From a virus (Duplodnaviria > Caudoviricetes), in IMG/VR virus record IMGVR_UViG_3300033475_000030, positions 1 to 54,409 of that record: DNA of 54,409 bases; one strand, written 5' to 3'. Position 1 is the first letter of the stretch. Each line of letters opens with the position of its first letter. The notes beneath the pieces are model-generated. The model searched no databases. It saw nothing but the letters and a program-made list of their open reading frames with translations, and was not told the origin of the DNA. Positions 25,649 through 36,905 of this stretch are shown here, piece by piece. A program made the translations under genes and the position numbers.

Positions 25649-26155
25649 TTAAATTTCCTCCATTTTATCTAGGATCATCAAAATACCTCGTTCATGGGCG
25701 CGTTTTACCTGTTCGGCAGCCGTCCGAGACCTATCCCCGATAGCATGCAGCCCATAGGACATCGCCAGGCGCGTCCAGCCCCATAGGTGCGGGTCCCTGC
25801 TATCGGTTAGGGGGATCGTCTCGGGCGGCCTCACCAGCGCGCGCCGGAGCACGATTTTGCGGATAGTCGGGAACCGATCGGAGATGAGCGACACCCAGGA
25901 GAACGCCGCATCCATCTCGGTGATCTCGTGAGCCTGAGGGGCTGCCGGGCGAAGGGATGCTTCGTTGTAGCCGTATGCCTCGGCGACATCACGCACGTAG
26001 GACGGCCAAGCCGCCTTGAGCGGAGCAGGGAAGATGCGCTCGGACGGAAGGCGCAGAAGTGTCGTGCCCGCGCGCTCTAGCGCGGCGATAACATCTTCGC
26101 TGGTACTGATGCCTTCAACTTCGGCAATTCGTCGCTTGAGTGCGGATCGGGCCAT
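25649..26155 (-). CDS. DUF6362-like putative late regulator (Q position)
   Basis: LE.AG.TLL.LP, WP.Y...EAYGY, P.A.EIT.MD.A..W..LI, R.IV..R; C-terminal HTH-like region. Confidence 0.7.
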   Translation of the reverse strand: MARSALKRRIAEVEGISTSEDVIAALERAGTTLLRLPSERIFPAPLKAAWPSYVRDVAEAYGYNEASLRPAAPQAHEITEMDAAFSWVSLISDRFPTIRKIVLRRALVRPPETIPLTDSRDPHLWGWTRLAMSYGLHAIGDRSRTAAEQVKRAHERGILMILDKMEEI

Positions 26156-26192
26156 GGGGATTGGTCTCCTGGGGATGGGAGTTAATGCGAGC

Positions 26193-26420
26193 TTACTTGT
26201 CAGAGGCTCGTCCGTGACGCCGCGCCGAGAATCCGGGCCTTGTTTCTGGCGTGGGAAGCGTCGACAACCTTTCGGCCAATGAGGCTGGAGCGGGCAACCC
26301 AGCCTCCTTTAGTCCCTTGGCCACATCCGCCGGCGTCCATCCGATGTGGTTGCAAGTCTCATCCAGAGAACGCAAACCTTTCGAGTATCGCTCTAGGGCG
26401 GCGCGATCGTGCGGAGTCAT
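26193..26420 (-). CDS. Small HTH protein (UPF0175-like)
   Basis: LE.Y..G..SL.E....IG....DV...L..AGLP. Confidence 0.5.
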   Translation of the reverse strand: MTPHDRAALERYSKGLRSLDETCNHIGWTPADVAKGLKEAGLPAPASLAERLSTLPTPETRPGFSARRHGRASDK

Positions 26421-26441
26421 ATCAAGCTATCCTATTCTGCC

Positions 26442-27892
26442 TTAATGCGAGCGCCGGGGGTTCGGCGCCTCGTCGTCATCGTCCTTGCGGACCTCGTAAT
26501 AGACATCTGGCACGCGGCTAAGCCGGACGGTCTTGTCGGCCGGAAGTCCGGCACGGGCACGGAGTAGATTGACTAGGATGGTTCGCTCGCCATCGAGCCC
26601 GATGCAGCCCTTGACATGAATGATCACCGCCTCACCCCGGGTCTCTCCGGCAACCACTCCACCGCGGTCGCCGCCTCAACCACGGGCACCACGCGCCTAG
26701 CTCGCTCCACCGCGAGGAGCGCCTTGAGGTCGGCGACCTGCTGTTCCAGGTCGTGGATGCGAGCGGCGGTGGAGGGCCAGCCGAGGTCGGATGCGGGGAT
26801 GGTGGCGGGGCGCATTGCTGCGGGCGGTGGTGGACGGTTCCCGGACGGTGGTGGGTTTAAGCCACCCTTCTTGGGAGAGCCCTCATTGATGGCGACTGGA
26901 CGGCTCATGCTACATCACACCAAAACGGGTTCGGACACTTGCGCCCTTCGATCCATCCATTTGGGCCGCAGTTGCACGCATCAGGAGAGCAGCCGATGTA
27001 TTCGTCGTCCTCGCCCATAGCGATGTCGTAAAGCTCCTCGGCCGTCTTCCCATCCATATACGCCCGGAGTCGCTGGCCCTTGAGCGATAGCCACCCAAAG
27101 CGCGGTGATGTGCCGTATTCGATGATGTCGGCACCACAGAGCGTATTGATCATCAGCCAGCCAGCGAGAGGCCCAAGCTTGGCCTCGATGACCTGATAGT
27201 CATAGCCGGGATATCTGCCGTCCCTTACCTTCAGGCAGGCCATGAAATCCTTCAGCGCCGGAATCCAATGCTCTTCGCCAGAGCCATACCCGAACGAAAA
27301 CACTGACGAGTGCCAGTCGCGGAAGTATTCTTCTGGTGATTTGGCGGGGATGTCTTCTGTCATCACAGCCGCCGCCTTTCCTGCTCGAAATAAGCCAACA
27401 GCACGACCATCGCGGCCACGATCTCACCAGTTGCAGATGGCCCGCATCGAACAACCGACACCTCCAACCTAATACGGTCGTAAAGCTCTCGCTCGGTCAG
27501 CGGCTTGCCCTCATCTCGGATAGCATCAAGCGCATGACGTGCCTGCATAACCTGTGCGTAAATGTCAGTCAGGTCGTCCATCACCCCACACTCCCCACCC
27601 TCGTCCCATCCACCTTACTCACAACAAACTCCCGCCCATCGATCAACCGCACCCGCGCCTCGGCGCCTATCATCCGATCGGCGATGAGCTGTAGATCGTT
27701 GCCATCGTCGCTGCGGATCGGCGTTGGCGATATGGTCACTGTCAGCGCGTAACGGCCGGTCGGAGGCGCAGCGGTGGGTATGCCGTACATGCCAGCAGTG
27801 CCCAGTCCGGTGGACGGCGATGCAGCAACAGCGCCGCCGCTTCCGCCACCACCTGCGACTTTGACCGAGACGCTGACTGGTTTGAGGTTCAT
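26442..27892 (-). CDS. Five coupled small hypothetical ORFs (26442-26627, 26624-26908, 26905-27366, 27363-27584, 27581-27892)
   Basis: Consecutive ATGA/GTGA stop-start overlaps. Confidence 0.65.
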
Positions 27893-27916
27893 GCGTTTAG
27901 CTCCCGGGGAATGGGG

Positions 27917-28222
27917 TCATGCGGCGAGCCAGACAAAAGCGAGAATGCATACGATCACCACGATTGCGCCGACTCCCATAACGAGATCCTTCACGCCATG
28001 GGTATGGCTTTCGATGCGGCCTAATGCTTCACCGGCGCTACGCATCTCGGCGCGAAGCGCGATCATCTCAGTGCGAAGCTCGGCCATAGCCTTGTCGGCC
28101 AGTGTGCCTCGGGGCGTCACGGTATAGCCCTCGGAGCGGAGAGCGAGCGCGTGGGATGGAAGAGGATTGCTCCGGTCCAGGGCGTCCATCTTCTCGTTGA
28201 ACTCTTCCTGGGTGATGGTCAC
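27917..28222 (-). CDS. Coiled-coil protein with C-terminal membrane anchor
   Basis: GTG overlaps the upstream stop; ends LVMGVGAIVVIVCILAFVWLAA. Confidence 0.65.
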   Translation of the reverse strand: MTITQEEFNEKMDALDRSNPLPSHALALRSEGYTVTPRGTLADKAMAELRTEMIALRAEMRSAGEALGRIESHTHGVKDLVMGVGAIVVIVCILAFVWLAA

Positions 28223-28671
28223 GGCGCCTCCGGCCGGGCGCCAGTGCGGTAGGCCCAAAGGAGGAACGTCTCAGCGCCGCAGATTCCGACGCCGTTCGGC
28301 TTTCCAGAGCAGGTAATGATGAACGAAATGGTAGACCAGTCCATGTCCCATTCACGTTCTCCTCCTTCAACCAACGTGATCTTTCGACCGGAAGGTCCAG
28401 AAGGATCAAGCCAATGCTGACCGCATTCTAGACGTGGCATTGCTCCTGGCCCCTCCACCCTCCACCCAGCCTCGCGGGGGAGCGCGGCGGCAGTGGCTAA
28501 TGAGCGGGTGTTCCATACTTCCGGCGAATTGGCAGTCCCACCACACGACGAGCACTGAATCCAGCGCAAACTGCAATTGTTCCAGCCTTCCGGTTCCCAT
28601 CCACGGATCAAATCACCAGCCCCGCAGAACGGACACAGCAACAGGTCGGGAGTAGCGATACGCTCGCTCAT
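28219..28671 (-). CDS. Lar-family (restriction alleviation) zinc-finger protein with extra C-terminal domain
   Basis: L..CPFCG ... I.C..CG ... WN.R. Confidence 0.7.
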   Translation of the reverse strand: MSERIATPDLLLCPFCGAGDLIRGWEPEGWNNCSLRWIQCSSCGGTANSPEVWNTRSLATAAALPREAGWRVEGPGAMPRLECGQHWLDPSGPSGRKITLVEGGEREWDMDWSTISFIITCSGKPNGVGICGAETFLLWAYRTGARPEAP

Positions 28672-31600
28672 GTCAACTTCGGTGTCAGAATGCATGGGCA
28701 CCCCTCGCAAGTGTCGATCCCGTCAGCAACGGCGAGGCGCTGGATGGCATCAAGCGCGCCCCACGTCGTCTCGATCCCATGGACGTGGCACTCCACGACA
28801 TCGGCATCCTTGGGCGCATATCGCTTGCTGCGGCCCTCTAGCTTTACTGTCTCACCCACCCTCGACCTCCCTCCGCGCTGTGATGCCGGCCGGCGTTAGT
28901 CGCCTGCGAATGCAGCGGCCCCCTCGCGCACCGAAGTCGCCATATTCCTCCTCGACAAGCTTGCGAAAGACTAGCCACTGAAGCCCGGCCGTTGTGCTGC
29001 GATCCGGAGAAGATCCGACGCACCATGAGCCATCGGCAGGCAACCAGAGAATGCCTTTGCGAGACGCCGCCGTCAGCGCGGGGTGGGTCATGCAGCGTCC
29101 CTCAGCGCGCGGATTGCGTCAGAGCATCTCAGGCATTCGTCGGCATCGCCATCAAATCGGTCTGAATCATCGGCGTCGCTTGCAAATCCAAGGGCCGCAG
29201 AGCGTGCAAAGTCCGCACGCGCGTCGCACTTATCAGCCGCAGCCTCAAGTGCTGCCGTGTATGCTGCGACCCATATCTTTTCCGGCATGGGAACACAGAA
29301 GCCTTTGCTAACTAAACCAGGGTGCGTTCCGCTTGCCACCAGCCAAGCATTGAATGCGTCTCGCATGGATCCGGTCATCATGATGTCCTTTCGCTCCCGC
29401 ACCTATACCACATCCTGTGTTGCAGTACCAACATCTCCGCGCAGCGCACCCTCCGCTATCTGCGCCGCTTGGATCAGGCTGGTCGCGCGAGACACGGCGG
29501 TGAGGGCGCGGATGAGATGGACGCAGCAGGGGCACGGTTCGGGCTCGCGCGCGCTGACAGCGGTGGTTAGCGCGGCCATGGCGGCAGCGGCGACCTCGGC
29601 TGAGATGGGGATGATGACTGGCTGCATCACACGCCCTCCGTGTCGCAGGGCGGCGGGGATGGTGCGAGAGCGGCTCGGGCGATAGCGCGAACCTTCGCCT
29701 TGGTTCCGTCAGCCTGGGACAGTGTCTCCAGAACGGCCCGCAACCTCACATTCTCCGTCGCCAGCTCGGCGTTGATGGTGATGTAGCTATCGATGTCGTG
29801 CTTGAGGGCGAATAGCTCATCTCGTAGCAGCGTGGCCTCGGTTGCGGACTCGGCTGCCGTGGTTAGAAGCTGCTGGAACGCCTGGCCGATTGTGGCGATT
29901 TCCGCCCGCTGCTGAACATTCTCGGCCAGCATGTTCGCGCACTTCTTTGACCAGCGCAGATTGGCCGCGACAACCTCCGCAATCTCCGCGTCCTTCGCCG
30001 CCGCTTCCTGAGCCGCGTGCCGGTAGTGGTTACGAACGCACTGGTCGACAGCCAGCCATTCGGGCATCGGGATACCAGACCGCCGGATCGCGTCGGCCTC
30101 GATAGTTTCCTCTGGAGTCATCACCGCCCCTCCCACAACACCGCCTCAGCCCCGCACGGCCCGCCATCGGCCCGAACGTCCTCTCGATCCGCACCGCCCG
30201 CCGCGTCGTGCAGGCAAATGCCGAACGGTCGCGGTCGCTCTCGGCGCCAGAACCAGTATCCTATGGGCCAGGTCTCCGCGTGTCGGCAGGTGGCGCAGGG
30301 GGTCATGGTGCGATACCCACGTCCCATGAATACTCGCCGCCATCTTCGTAAGCGGCGACCCACGAGAGATAGGCTTCAGATGGCTCGCCAAGCGAATAGC
30401 GCATTTCGACCGCTCCATTCTCCCATGAAGCCAACTTGGCAATGACCGGCGTTCCGCGAAGAATGCGCGCCACCTGATCCAGCACCCACGCCTTGTGATG
30501 CTCTCCATCGATCTGGCTGTAGCGTTCAAGCCAATGAAGCGCCCAAGTCGTCGGAGGGATGAGAGCCTCGATTTCGATGATCTGTTCGCCGAGATATCCT
30601 TCCATCACCCACACACCACCCTGAGCGTCGCGAACACGGCCATGCCGAGGATGAGGCCGAGGATGAGCATTATGGCGTCGCGGTCCCAATGGCGGGTGCG
30701 AGCGGCCAACGTGACAGTTGTGTCGCCGATCTTGAACACCTGCGTTTCGCCAGAACGGATGGTGTATGTGCCAGGGCTTGAAATACCACCAGGGCCGCCG
30801 CAACCAGCCCGGCCATCGAACGTCTCGCGATCGATGGTCAGGCACCCGGGCTCAACCCCATCCAGCGCCGCGTCGAGTTCCGCGTTCATCGCTGCCACCC
30901 TCGCTCGCTCCTCGCGCTTGCGGGCTTCGCGTTTGACCGCTTGCGCGCTGAGCTTGGCCCGGCGTGACTTCTCGGCGTTGTAGACGGCGAGGATGGCGTC
31001 TCCGGCTAGTTCGTTTGTGATTTTGGTGTCGCTCATGCCCAAAATCCCCCGGCCGTCAGAAGGCCGGCGATGAGAACCACCCTGAGAATCTTCCCGACGG
31101 CGGTGGCGGCAGTGGCGGTTTCTGTCTTTCCAACCCAGAGCGGGGCGAGAAAGATGCTCAGAAGCATCCACCCTCCCATCACCCATTGCGGCCAATGCCA
31201 GTGCATCATCACGTCACTCTCCTTCATTCATGAAATTTTGTTTCAGCCAAGAATTTTAATTCGACGGTGGCTTTTTTGCGGGGATGCCGGTCCGCATTGA
31301 CCATCGAGGCTGGACTTTTGACCCCCATCCCCCTCATGGCTCGTTCTATGGTCATGCGTCACGCGCGCACCTTCGTGGCTGCGGCTGGAGGCGGCTGGAA
31401 GGCGGTGTGGTGGTCGGCCGCACCGAGGGTGTGTAGGGATGGCTCTGAGGCGCCTGTGATGCGCTTCATCCCCAACACCTCCGCTACCTCGTCCTCCCGG
31501 TCGTCCTCGATCAGGTCGATCACGCGCTCCTGGTCCGCGCGGGGAAGCAGCCGCCAGCGGGGGAGGAGCGAGTGGGCGGGGGTGGGGTGGGTCATGGCAG

Positions 31601-31954
31601 GACGTCCGCGTGAGGGCTGTCGAGCGCCGCTTGAGCGATCTCCCGCGCAGCTTCACGCGCTGCATCGTGGCCTTGACCGTAGTCCGGATGGCTTCCGACC
31701 CATGGTTGCATCGCCGCTATCTGCCTGAGAGCTGCGCCCATGGTCTCGATGCGACCGGCGCGAATTGTGCAGTAGGTCCGCGCGTCGTCACGCTCTGCTC
31801 TGAGGTTCGCTGCCTCCCGGATCTGGGCTTTCATCTCCTGGATGAGGTCAAAATATTCAGAGCAAATTGCCCTGAGGTGACCCAACTCAGCGTCCATTTC
31901 GGCGAAGAGTTGGCTTATGGCCGTGTAGCCGGCCGCCCATGCGTGCTGGGTCAT
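28668..31954 (-). CDS. Array of coupled small early ORFs (28668-28859, 28852-29091, 29088-29381, 29403-29630, 29627-30121, 30121-30306, 30303-30605, 30605-31036, 31033-31227, 31359-31595, 31592-31954)
   Basis: Near-continuous stop-start overlaps with G-rich SDs; several Cys-rich, coiled-coil or TM products. Confidence 0.65.
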
Positions 31955-32448
31955 CAGAACGGAATCTCCGAATCATCGATGCTGCCCGTATGCGCGTCCC
32001 ACCCACCACCACCCGTCCCGCGTCCTGCCGGCACAGCACCGCCGCCAGACGTGCCCCGTGCGGGGGCTTGGGAGGGCGTGGAGGCGTCGGAGGTGTCGCG
32101 CGGGGAGAGGAGGACGAGTTCGCTGTTGAACCGCCCCAGGACGATCTCGGTGGAGTAGCGGTCGGCGCCCGACTGGTCCGTCCACTTGCGCGTCTGGAGT
32201 TTGCCTTCGAGGTAGACCTTCGAGCCCTTGACCAGGAAGCGTTCGGCGACATCGGCTAGGCGATCGTTCATGATCACCACGCGGTGCCATTCAGTGACCT
32301 CGCGGCGCTCACCGCTGGCCTTGTCGTTCCAGCTCTCCGATGTGGCGACGGTCAGGTTCACGATCTTGCCGCCAGCCTGCGTGGCGCGGATCTCGGGGTC
32401 TTTGCCGAGGTTGCCAATGAGGGTGACTTTGTTGACTGACCCGGCCAT
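31954..32448 (-). CDS. ssb: Single-stranded DNA-binding protein
   Basis: [35 protein letters not shown], acidic tail DDSEIPF. Confidence 0.97.
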   Translation of the reverse strand: MAGSVNKVTLIGNLGKDPEIRATQAGGKIVNLTVATSESWNDKASGERREVTEWHRVVIMNDRLADVAERFLVKGSKVYLEGKLQTRKWTDQSGADRYSTEIVLGRFNSELVLLSPRDTSDASTPSQAPARGTSGGGAVPAGRGTGGGGWDAHTGSIDDSEIPF

Positions 32449-33335
32449 TACGCGAGGTCTCCGGCCGCGCGCGCGACGATGGGGGATTGCTTGAAGCCTT
32501 CAGCAATGATTTCTCTTGCGTTGGCCAACTCCGCTTCAATATCTCGCATAAAGACGAGCCGTCGCCCATTGGCCTCGAACATCTTGCGTAGGTCAGGCTC
32601 CGACACAGCGCGGCCCGTATAGGTTCCAACCACCAAGTTGCGGGCACCGAGTCGCTGCATTTCACGCATAACGCTTGGAAAGTCATCGCCGATCGTCGGC
32701 TTTAACTCGAACGTCCCCCTGCGGTCGCTGTCGTCTCGGTATGGGCCGCGTCCATCCATGGACCAGAACACCCATACGTCCGTCCCGCGGTCTTCGAAGA
32801 TGACGCTAGACGTAAGCATGATCGACTCAGACGAAGCGTTGGCGAGCTTCTTTTCCAGATCCGAGACCTTTTCGCCTGCCTGGATAGAGTCGGCTCGTGC
32901 CTTTTCCACGGAATCGGCTGCCCATTTGACTTCTGCGTAGTTGGGCGCTGAGTAGGTCACGATATCGCGCTCATGCCCTTCTAGGCCACGCTTCGCCTCG
33001 TTAAGCTCTCTAGACGCCCACTCAACACGGCGTTGATGAATTTCGGACGCCTCCTTCTCAAGAATCCCCGGACGTGCCGCAAGAATCGCGGCTAGTTGGA
33101 ACTCCTCCGACAGAAACCGAACCTGCATCGCATTGTGCTCGGGAGTGTCATCCGTCACCGCTCCCCGCGTCAGGATCGCGGCATGCAGTTCGGCGAAGCG
33201 TTCTGCCACCCACCCCTGAGCCAAAACCCACTCCGCGTATTGCGGGTCCTTGGTCAGAAGCTCGGCGACGGTTGCCCCCTTGTGCTTCCCAAACGGCACA
33301 ACGACGGCGCTCGGGTCTTTCTCGGTCTTGCTCAT
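32448..33335 (-). CDS. Hypothetical protein: PFGKHKG N-domain, coiled coil, putative PD-(D/E)xK domain
   Basis: PFGKHKG..V.EL...DP.Y..W; FE..G.DV ... FELKP..GDD.P.V.R.M. Confidence 0.55.
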   Translation of the reverse strand: MSKTEKDPSAVVVPFGKHKGATVAELLTKDPQYAEWVLAQGWVAERFAELHAAILTRGAVTDDTPEHNAMQVRFLSEEFQLAAILAARPGILEKEASEIHQRRVEWASRELNEAKRGLEGHERDIVTYSAPNYAEVKWAADSVEKARADSIQAGEKVSDLEKKLANASSESIMLTSSVIFEDRGTDVWVFWSMDGRGPYRDDSDRRGTFELKPTIGDDFPSVMREMQRLGARNLVVGTYTGRAVSEPDLRKMFEANGRRLVFMRDIEAELANAREIIAEGFKQSPIVARAAGDLA

Positions 33336-34507
33336 GCAGCAACTCCCTTCGGTTGTTCACGAACGGCTCGGTCGAAATATCGCAGGGAGGATGGCCGTTC
33401 GTATCCGTTCCTCAGGGCGATTTTGCGGATGGCGTCTCGGATCGTGACCGGCTCATAGCCGTCAGTCATCCAGGCCGAGACGATCGAAACGTCTTCGCTG
33501 GTAGCGTCGCGCATCGTCCCCGATGCTTCGAGCGCCCAGTCCGTGGTCACATCGAGAAAATCCCCGTTGATCATGGGTTTCCCCGTGCTGGCGTGCCACA
33601 CAACTCCAGGCATGTCGTAAAGTGACTTCCCCTCGAAAAGCCCTGAGGTTTCCTTGGGTTTTGCAGCTATGGCCTTGGTGATCCAGGCGAACGGATCGAC
33701 GATGCTTTGCTGGTCACAATGCTCGATCAGCACCAGCAATTCTTCGTCGTTTTTGGCTGATTTCCGCCACTGTCCTAGCATGCTCCGGCATTTCGACGCC
33801 GGCTTGCCGGATAGGCGGCTGAGCGTGGCTAGACCTTCAGACCAAAGGCCAGGGGGATCAGAGACGCCGGTCGGCGTCAGAGGCGTAGCCTCTGTTCTTA
33901 CTTTCTTACTGTCTCTGTCCTGTCCTGTCTTAGCCGTATCAGGTGCGTCGCTGTCACTGTGACAGGTGCGTCCTAGTTGCGTGACGGTAGCGTCATTAGA
34001 TTGTGACAGAAGCATCTTTAGGTGGTCTGTCGTCGCGTTCCAGGAGACGTCAATGCCGCGTTCACGAAGCGTAGCGAACCTATCGCGCCGAGCTTCGCGG
34101 TGGCGTCTCTGGCGCTCCTTCGTGCTCTCCTTCTCCTCCACTGCATCACGCCGCATTTCCCATGCGACAACCGCCTCGGGAGATAGGAACCGGTGGTATA
34201 GGCGGCCATCGGAGCACTTGATGAAAGCATGCAACGCAACTGACTTGATCTTTGCCCACCCCTTGGGATCGCGGCCATATCCGGCTGCGTGGGCAAGAAC
34301 GCGGTCGTCGTCGGGGAGCGATGCGGCCGGAACCTGCTGCTGCCAGGCAGCCCACCACAAACGTTGCGCCGCACGATATTCGGCATCGCTGGCGATTGCG
34401 TCGAAATCGCTGCCATAGAGCTTATGCCCGTGAAGGGGCATCCACTCCATGCCGCGAAGGTCGCAGTCGGCAGGCGTCAACGGCTCGGGGAGATCGCTCA
34501 TTGTCAT
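33332..34507 (-). CDS. Replication initiator (DUF1376-like, lambda O position)
   Basis: LP.PLTP.DCDLR...WMPL, LW.A.W.Q.PA.SLP.DD..LA, C.DGRLYH; internal iterons. Confidence 0.85.
   Translation of the reverse strand: MTMSDLPEPLTPADCDLRGMEWMPLHGHKLYGSDFDAIASDAEYRAAQRLWWAAWQQQVPAASLPDDDRVLAHAAGYGRDPKGWAKIKSVALHAFIKCSDGRLYHRFLSPEAVVAWEMRRDAVEEKESTKERQRRHREARRDRFATLRERGIDVSWNATTDHLKMLLSQSNDATVTQLGRTCHSDSDAPDTAKTGQDRDSKKVRTEATPLTPTGVSDPPGLWSEGLATLSRLSGKPASKCRSMLGQWRKSAKNDEELLVLIEHCDQQSIVDPFAWITKAIAAKPKETSGLFEGKSLYDMPGVVWHASTGKPMINGDFLDVTTDWALEASGTMRDATSEDVSIVSAWMTDGYEPVTIRDAIRKIALRNGYERPSSLRYFDRAVREQPKGVAA
33901..34010. repeat. Iteron/origin cluster inside the initiator gene
   Basis: TGTCACTGTGACA palindrome, repeated GTGAC/GTCA, CAGGTGCGTC twice, and a strand-biased TGTCC tract. 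Confidence 0.6.
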
Positions 34508-34528
34508 CTCAATATATCCTGATCTCGC

Positions 34529-35971
34529 CTATTCCGCATCCGAAAAAGATGTAGTCGGGCCATGGAAAATTAGGGGGACCGTGCCGGTTGCGCCGCTGCG
34601 CACTTTGGCAAAGATCAACTCGGCTCTGCCGGCGCATTCGGCCTTGCGCTCGCGGTAGCTCTCGACGCGCTTGCGGTGCTTTTCGGGGCTCTCTGCCTCC
34701 TGCATTTCAGGGTCGGATTTTCCTAGATAGTATTCCTGGCGGTACACAAACGAGACAGTATCAGCGTCCTGCTCGATGTCTCCTGACATGCGGAGATCGG
34801 AAAGCCCAGGGCGCTTGTCGTCGCGGCCCTCGACGCCTCGGTTAAGCTGGGCAAGCAGAAGCACCGGGCAATCGAAATCCTTCGCAAGTTTCTTCATCGC
34901 GCCGGAGATGCGACCAACTGCCCAGGTTGCGCTCTGCTTCAGGTCGATCCCGTCAGCTTTCACGATATGAAGGTGGTCAACCACAATGAGGCCGAGGGTG
35001 TGCTGGCGCTGTGCCTTCTTCGCGACCGCGACGATCTGGCCCATGGTAAGGCTACTGCCGTCTTCGATCATCAGAGGAAGGTGCGCCATTTCGTGCCGAC
35101 CACGCATGATACGATCGACTTGATTCGGCGTGAGGTCGCCTTTGGTCAGGACCGGTCCAGGAACACCCGATGCCAGCGCCAGGCTGCGCATAGCCAGCTC
35201 CTCCGCGGTCATCTCAAGGGAGATTTCTAGAACACCCACTCCAGAACGGGCGGCGTTCAGCGCAATCTGGTGTCCAAGGCTTGATTTTCCCATGCCAGGG
35301 CGACCGGCTAGGACATTAAGGCTTCCTGGCCTAAAGCCGTTGATCAGGCCATCAATGCCGCGGAACCCGGTCTTGAGGATGCGCGGTGCAATTCCCTTCT
35401 GCGCGTTCTCAATCTCAAGCATCGCACCCTCTAGCGCATCGTTGAACTGGATGATGGATTTAGCGCGGTGGCGCGTCAGGGAGTCCTCAAGCCTGGTAAC
35501 GATTGCCGGGATCACCTGAGCCGGGTCTGCATCGTTGTCGAAGCCTGCGGAGAGAAAGTCTTCTGCAGCGTCGATCACTTCCCGGCGCTGCCAGGTCCGC
35601 ACGATCTCATGCGCGCAGCTGACGATGTTTTCAGGATGGACTATCGCATCTATGAGCGTGAGCATGTAGGCATGCCCGGCGTCGTGATCGAGACATGTCT
35701 GGTCCGTTTCAAGCCACGACTTCATGGACGTCGGGTCTGCCGAATACCCCAGGCCGATGCGCCTGACCTGCTCTGCATATATCGACCGGTTAACGGGGTC
35801 CGCGAAATGGTGCGGCTGAAGGATGTCCGCGATCTTCTCGTGATGGCGGCCGGACGCGATAAGTGTGCCAATGACGGCCTGTTCAGCCTGCAGGTTCGCC
35901 GGCCGCTCGCGAAAGGCGAGACCCTCGAAAAAGCTACGGCTAGGCTGCGAATAGATCTGCTCGCTGTCCAT
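34529..35971 (-). CDS. dnaB: Replicative DNA helicase
   Basis: AEQAV.G, AGRPGMGKS, SLEM, VVDHL, LAQLNR..E.R.DKRP.LSDLR.SG.IEQDAD. Confidence 0.95.
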   Translation of the reverse strand: MDSEQIYSQPSRSFFEGLAFRERPANLQAEQAVIGTLIASGRHHEKIADILQPHHFADPVNRSIYAEQVRRIGLGYSADPTSMKSWLETDQTCLDHDAGHAYMLTLIDAIVHPENIVSCAHEIVRTWQRREVIDAAEDFLSAGFDNDADPAQVIPAIVTRLEDSLTRHRAKSIIQFNDALEGAMLEIENAQKGIAPRILKTGFRGIDGLINGFRPGSLNVLAGRPGMGKSSLGHQIALNAARSGVGVLEISLEMTAEELAMRSLALASGVPGPVLTKGDLTPNQVDRIMRGRHEMAHLPLMIEDGSSLTMGQIVAVAKKAQRQHTLGLIVVDHLHIVKADGIDLKQSATWAVGRISGAMKKLAKDFDCPVLLLAQLNRGVEGRDDKRPGLSDLRMSGDIEQDADTVSFVYRQEYYLGKSDPEMQEAESPEKHRKRVESYRERKAECAGRAELIFAKVRSGATGTVPLIFHGPTTSFSDAE

Positions 35972-36147
35972 AGGTTAGCATCCCAGGGCAATAAGCTGGC
36001 GCATCGCGGAGGAAGTGTCATCGACAACTTCATTGAGATCATCCGATGACCGACCCTCTCTGACCAACTGGATGAAGGCAGAGAGCATGTCCTGTCGTGC
36101 TCGGTCAAAGTCCTTAAGAGTTGTGACTGAGTTGTGGGAAATATGGT

Positions 36148-36636
36148 TCATGCCGCGATCTTTCCAGAATGACGCAGGCCATACAGAGCAAGGATTGCAG
36201 CCTCGGCACGACCGTCATCCTTCAAGCGCTTGAAGAGGTCACTGCTTTGAGGGAACAATTGCATAGCGCGCTGCCTGCACGCCCCCTTGTCGGATGGAAC
36301 CTGCATCGCACGCTTCCAGCTGACTGGGGTGATGAAGGTGATGGGGATCCCGAGGGCAACAAGGACCCCCTCGATCAGTCCGGCCGCCTGCCCAAAGGAG
36401 AACATGCTGGCGCTTCCCTGGCCCGGCATCGCTCCAACGCGCTCCACATACGCCTGGTCGATCGAATACGTGCGAAGCTGCGCGACAAGATCGGCGGTCG
36501 CGATCCGTGTTCGTTTCGTCTTTCCCACCTTAACTTCGATCGAAGGCATATCAAAAGCAGCGATGAGATGACCTTCATCGGTCATCACAGCGAGAGCGCC
36601 ATGGGCACCTGGGTCAACACCGAGGATCATCGTCAC
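36148..36636 (-). CDS. RuvC-like Holliday junction resolvase
   Basis: ILGVDPG..GALA, YVE.V.AMPGQG..SMF.FG, P..WK, DGRAEA. Confidence 0.9.
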   Translation of the reverse strand: MTMILGVDPGAHGALAVMTDEGHLIAAFDMPSIEVKVGKTKRTRIATADLVAQLRTYSIDQAYVERVGAMPGQGSASMFSFGQAAGLIEGVLVALGIPITFITPVSWKRAMQVPSDKGACRQRAMQLFPQSSDLFKRLKDDGRAEAAILALYGLRHSGKIAA

Positions 36637-36905
36637 ATACCAAGCGCGCGGCGGTACACATCCAACAGCGTTTCACGCTCTTCGACGTCGGCTGGTTCCA
36701 TACGGCGAATGCGGATGAGCTGCCGCAGCACAGCCACGTCGAATCCCGCGGACTTACCTTCCGTATAGATGTCCTTGATATCGCTTCCGAGTGCCTTGCG
36801 TTCCTCCTCAAGCCTCTCGATTCGCTCCACAATGGACCGCAGACGATCTGCTGCGATATTGCCCTGGGCTGCCGCATCACCGGAATTATGTCCAAGCTCG
36901 CTCAT
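36633..36905 (-). CDS. gapR: GapR/DUF2312 nucleoid protein homologue
   Basis: GHNS, LRS.VERIERLEEE.K....DIKD.Y.E.K..GFD...LR..IR.R, L..Y..ALGM. Confidence 0.9.
   Translation of the reverse strand: MSELGHNSGDAAAQGNIAADRLRSIVERIERLEEERKALGSDIKDIYTEGKSAGFDVAVLRQLIRIRRMEPADVEERETLLDVYRRALGM

Noticed and set aside
22933-26155. Expected holin/endolysin cassette after the late regulator
   Set aside because: None is recognisable here; it probably lies beyond the left edge, so no absence is claimed
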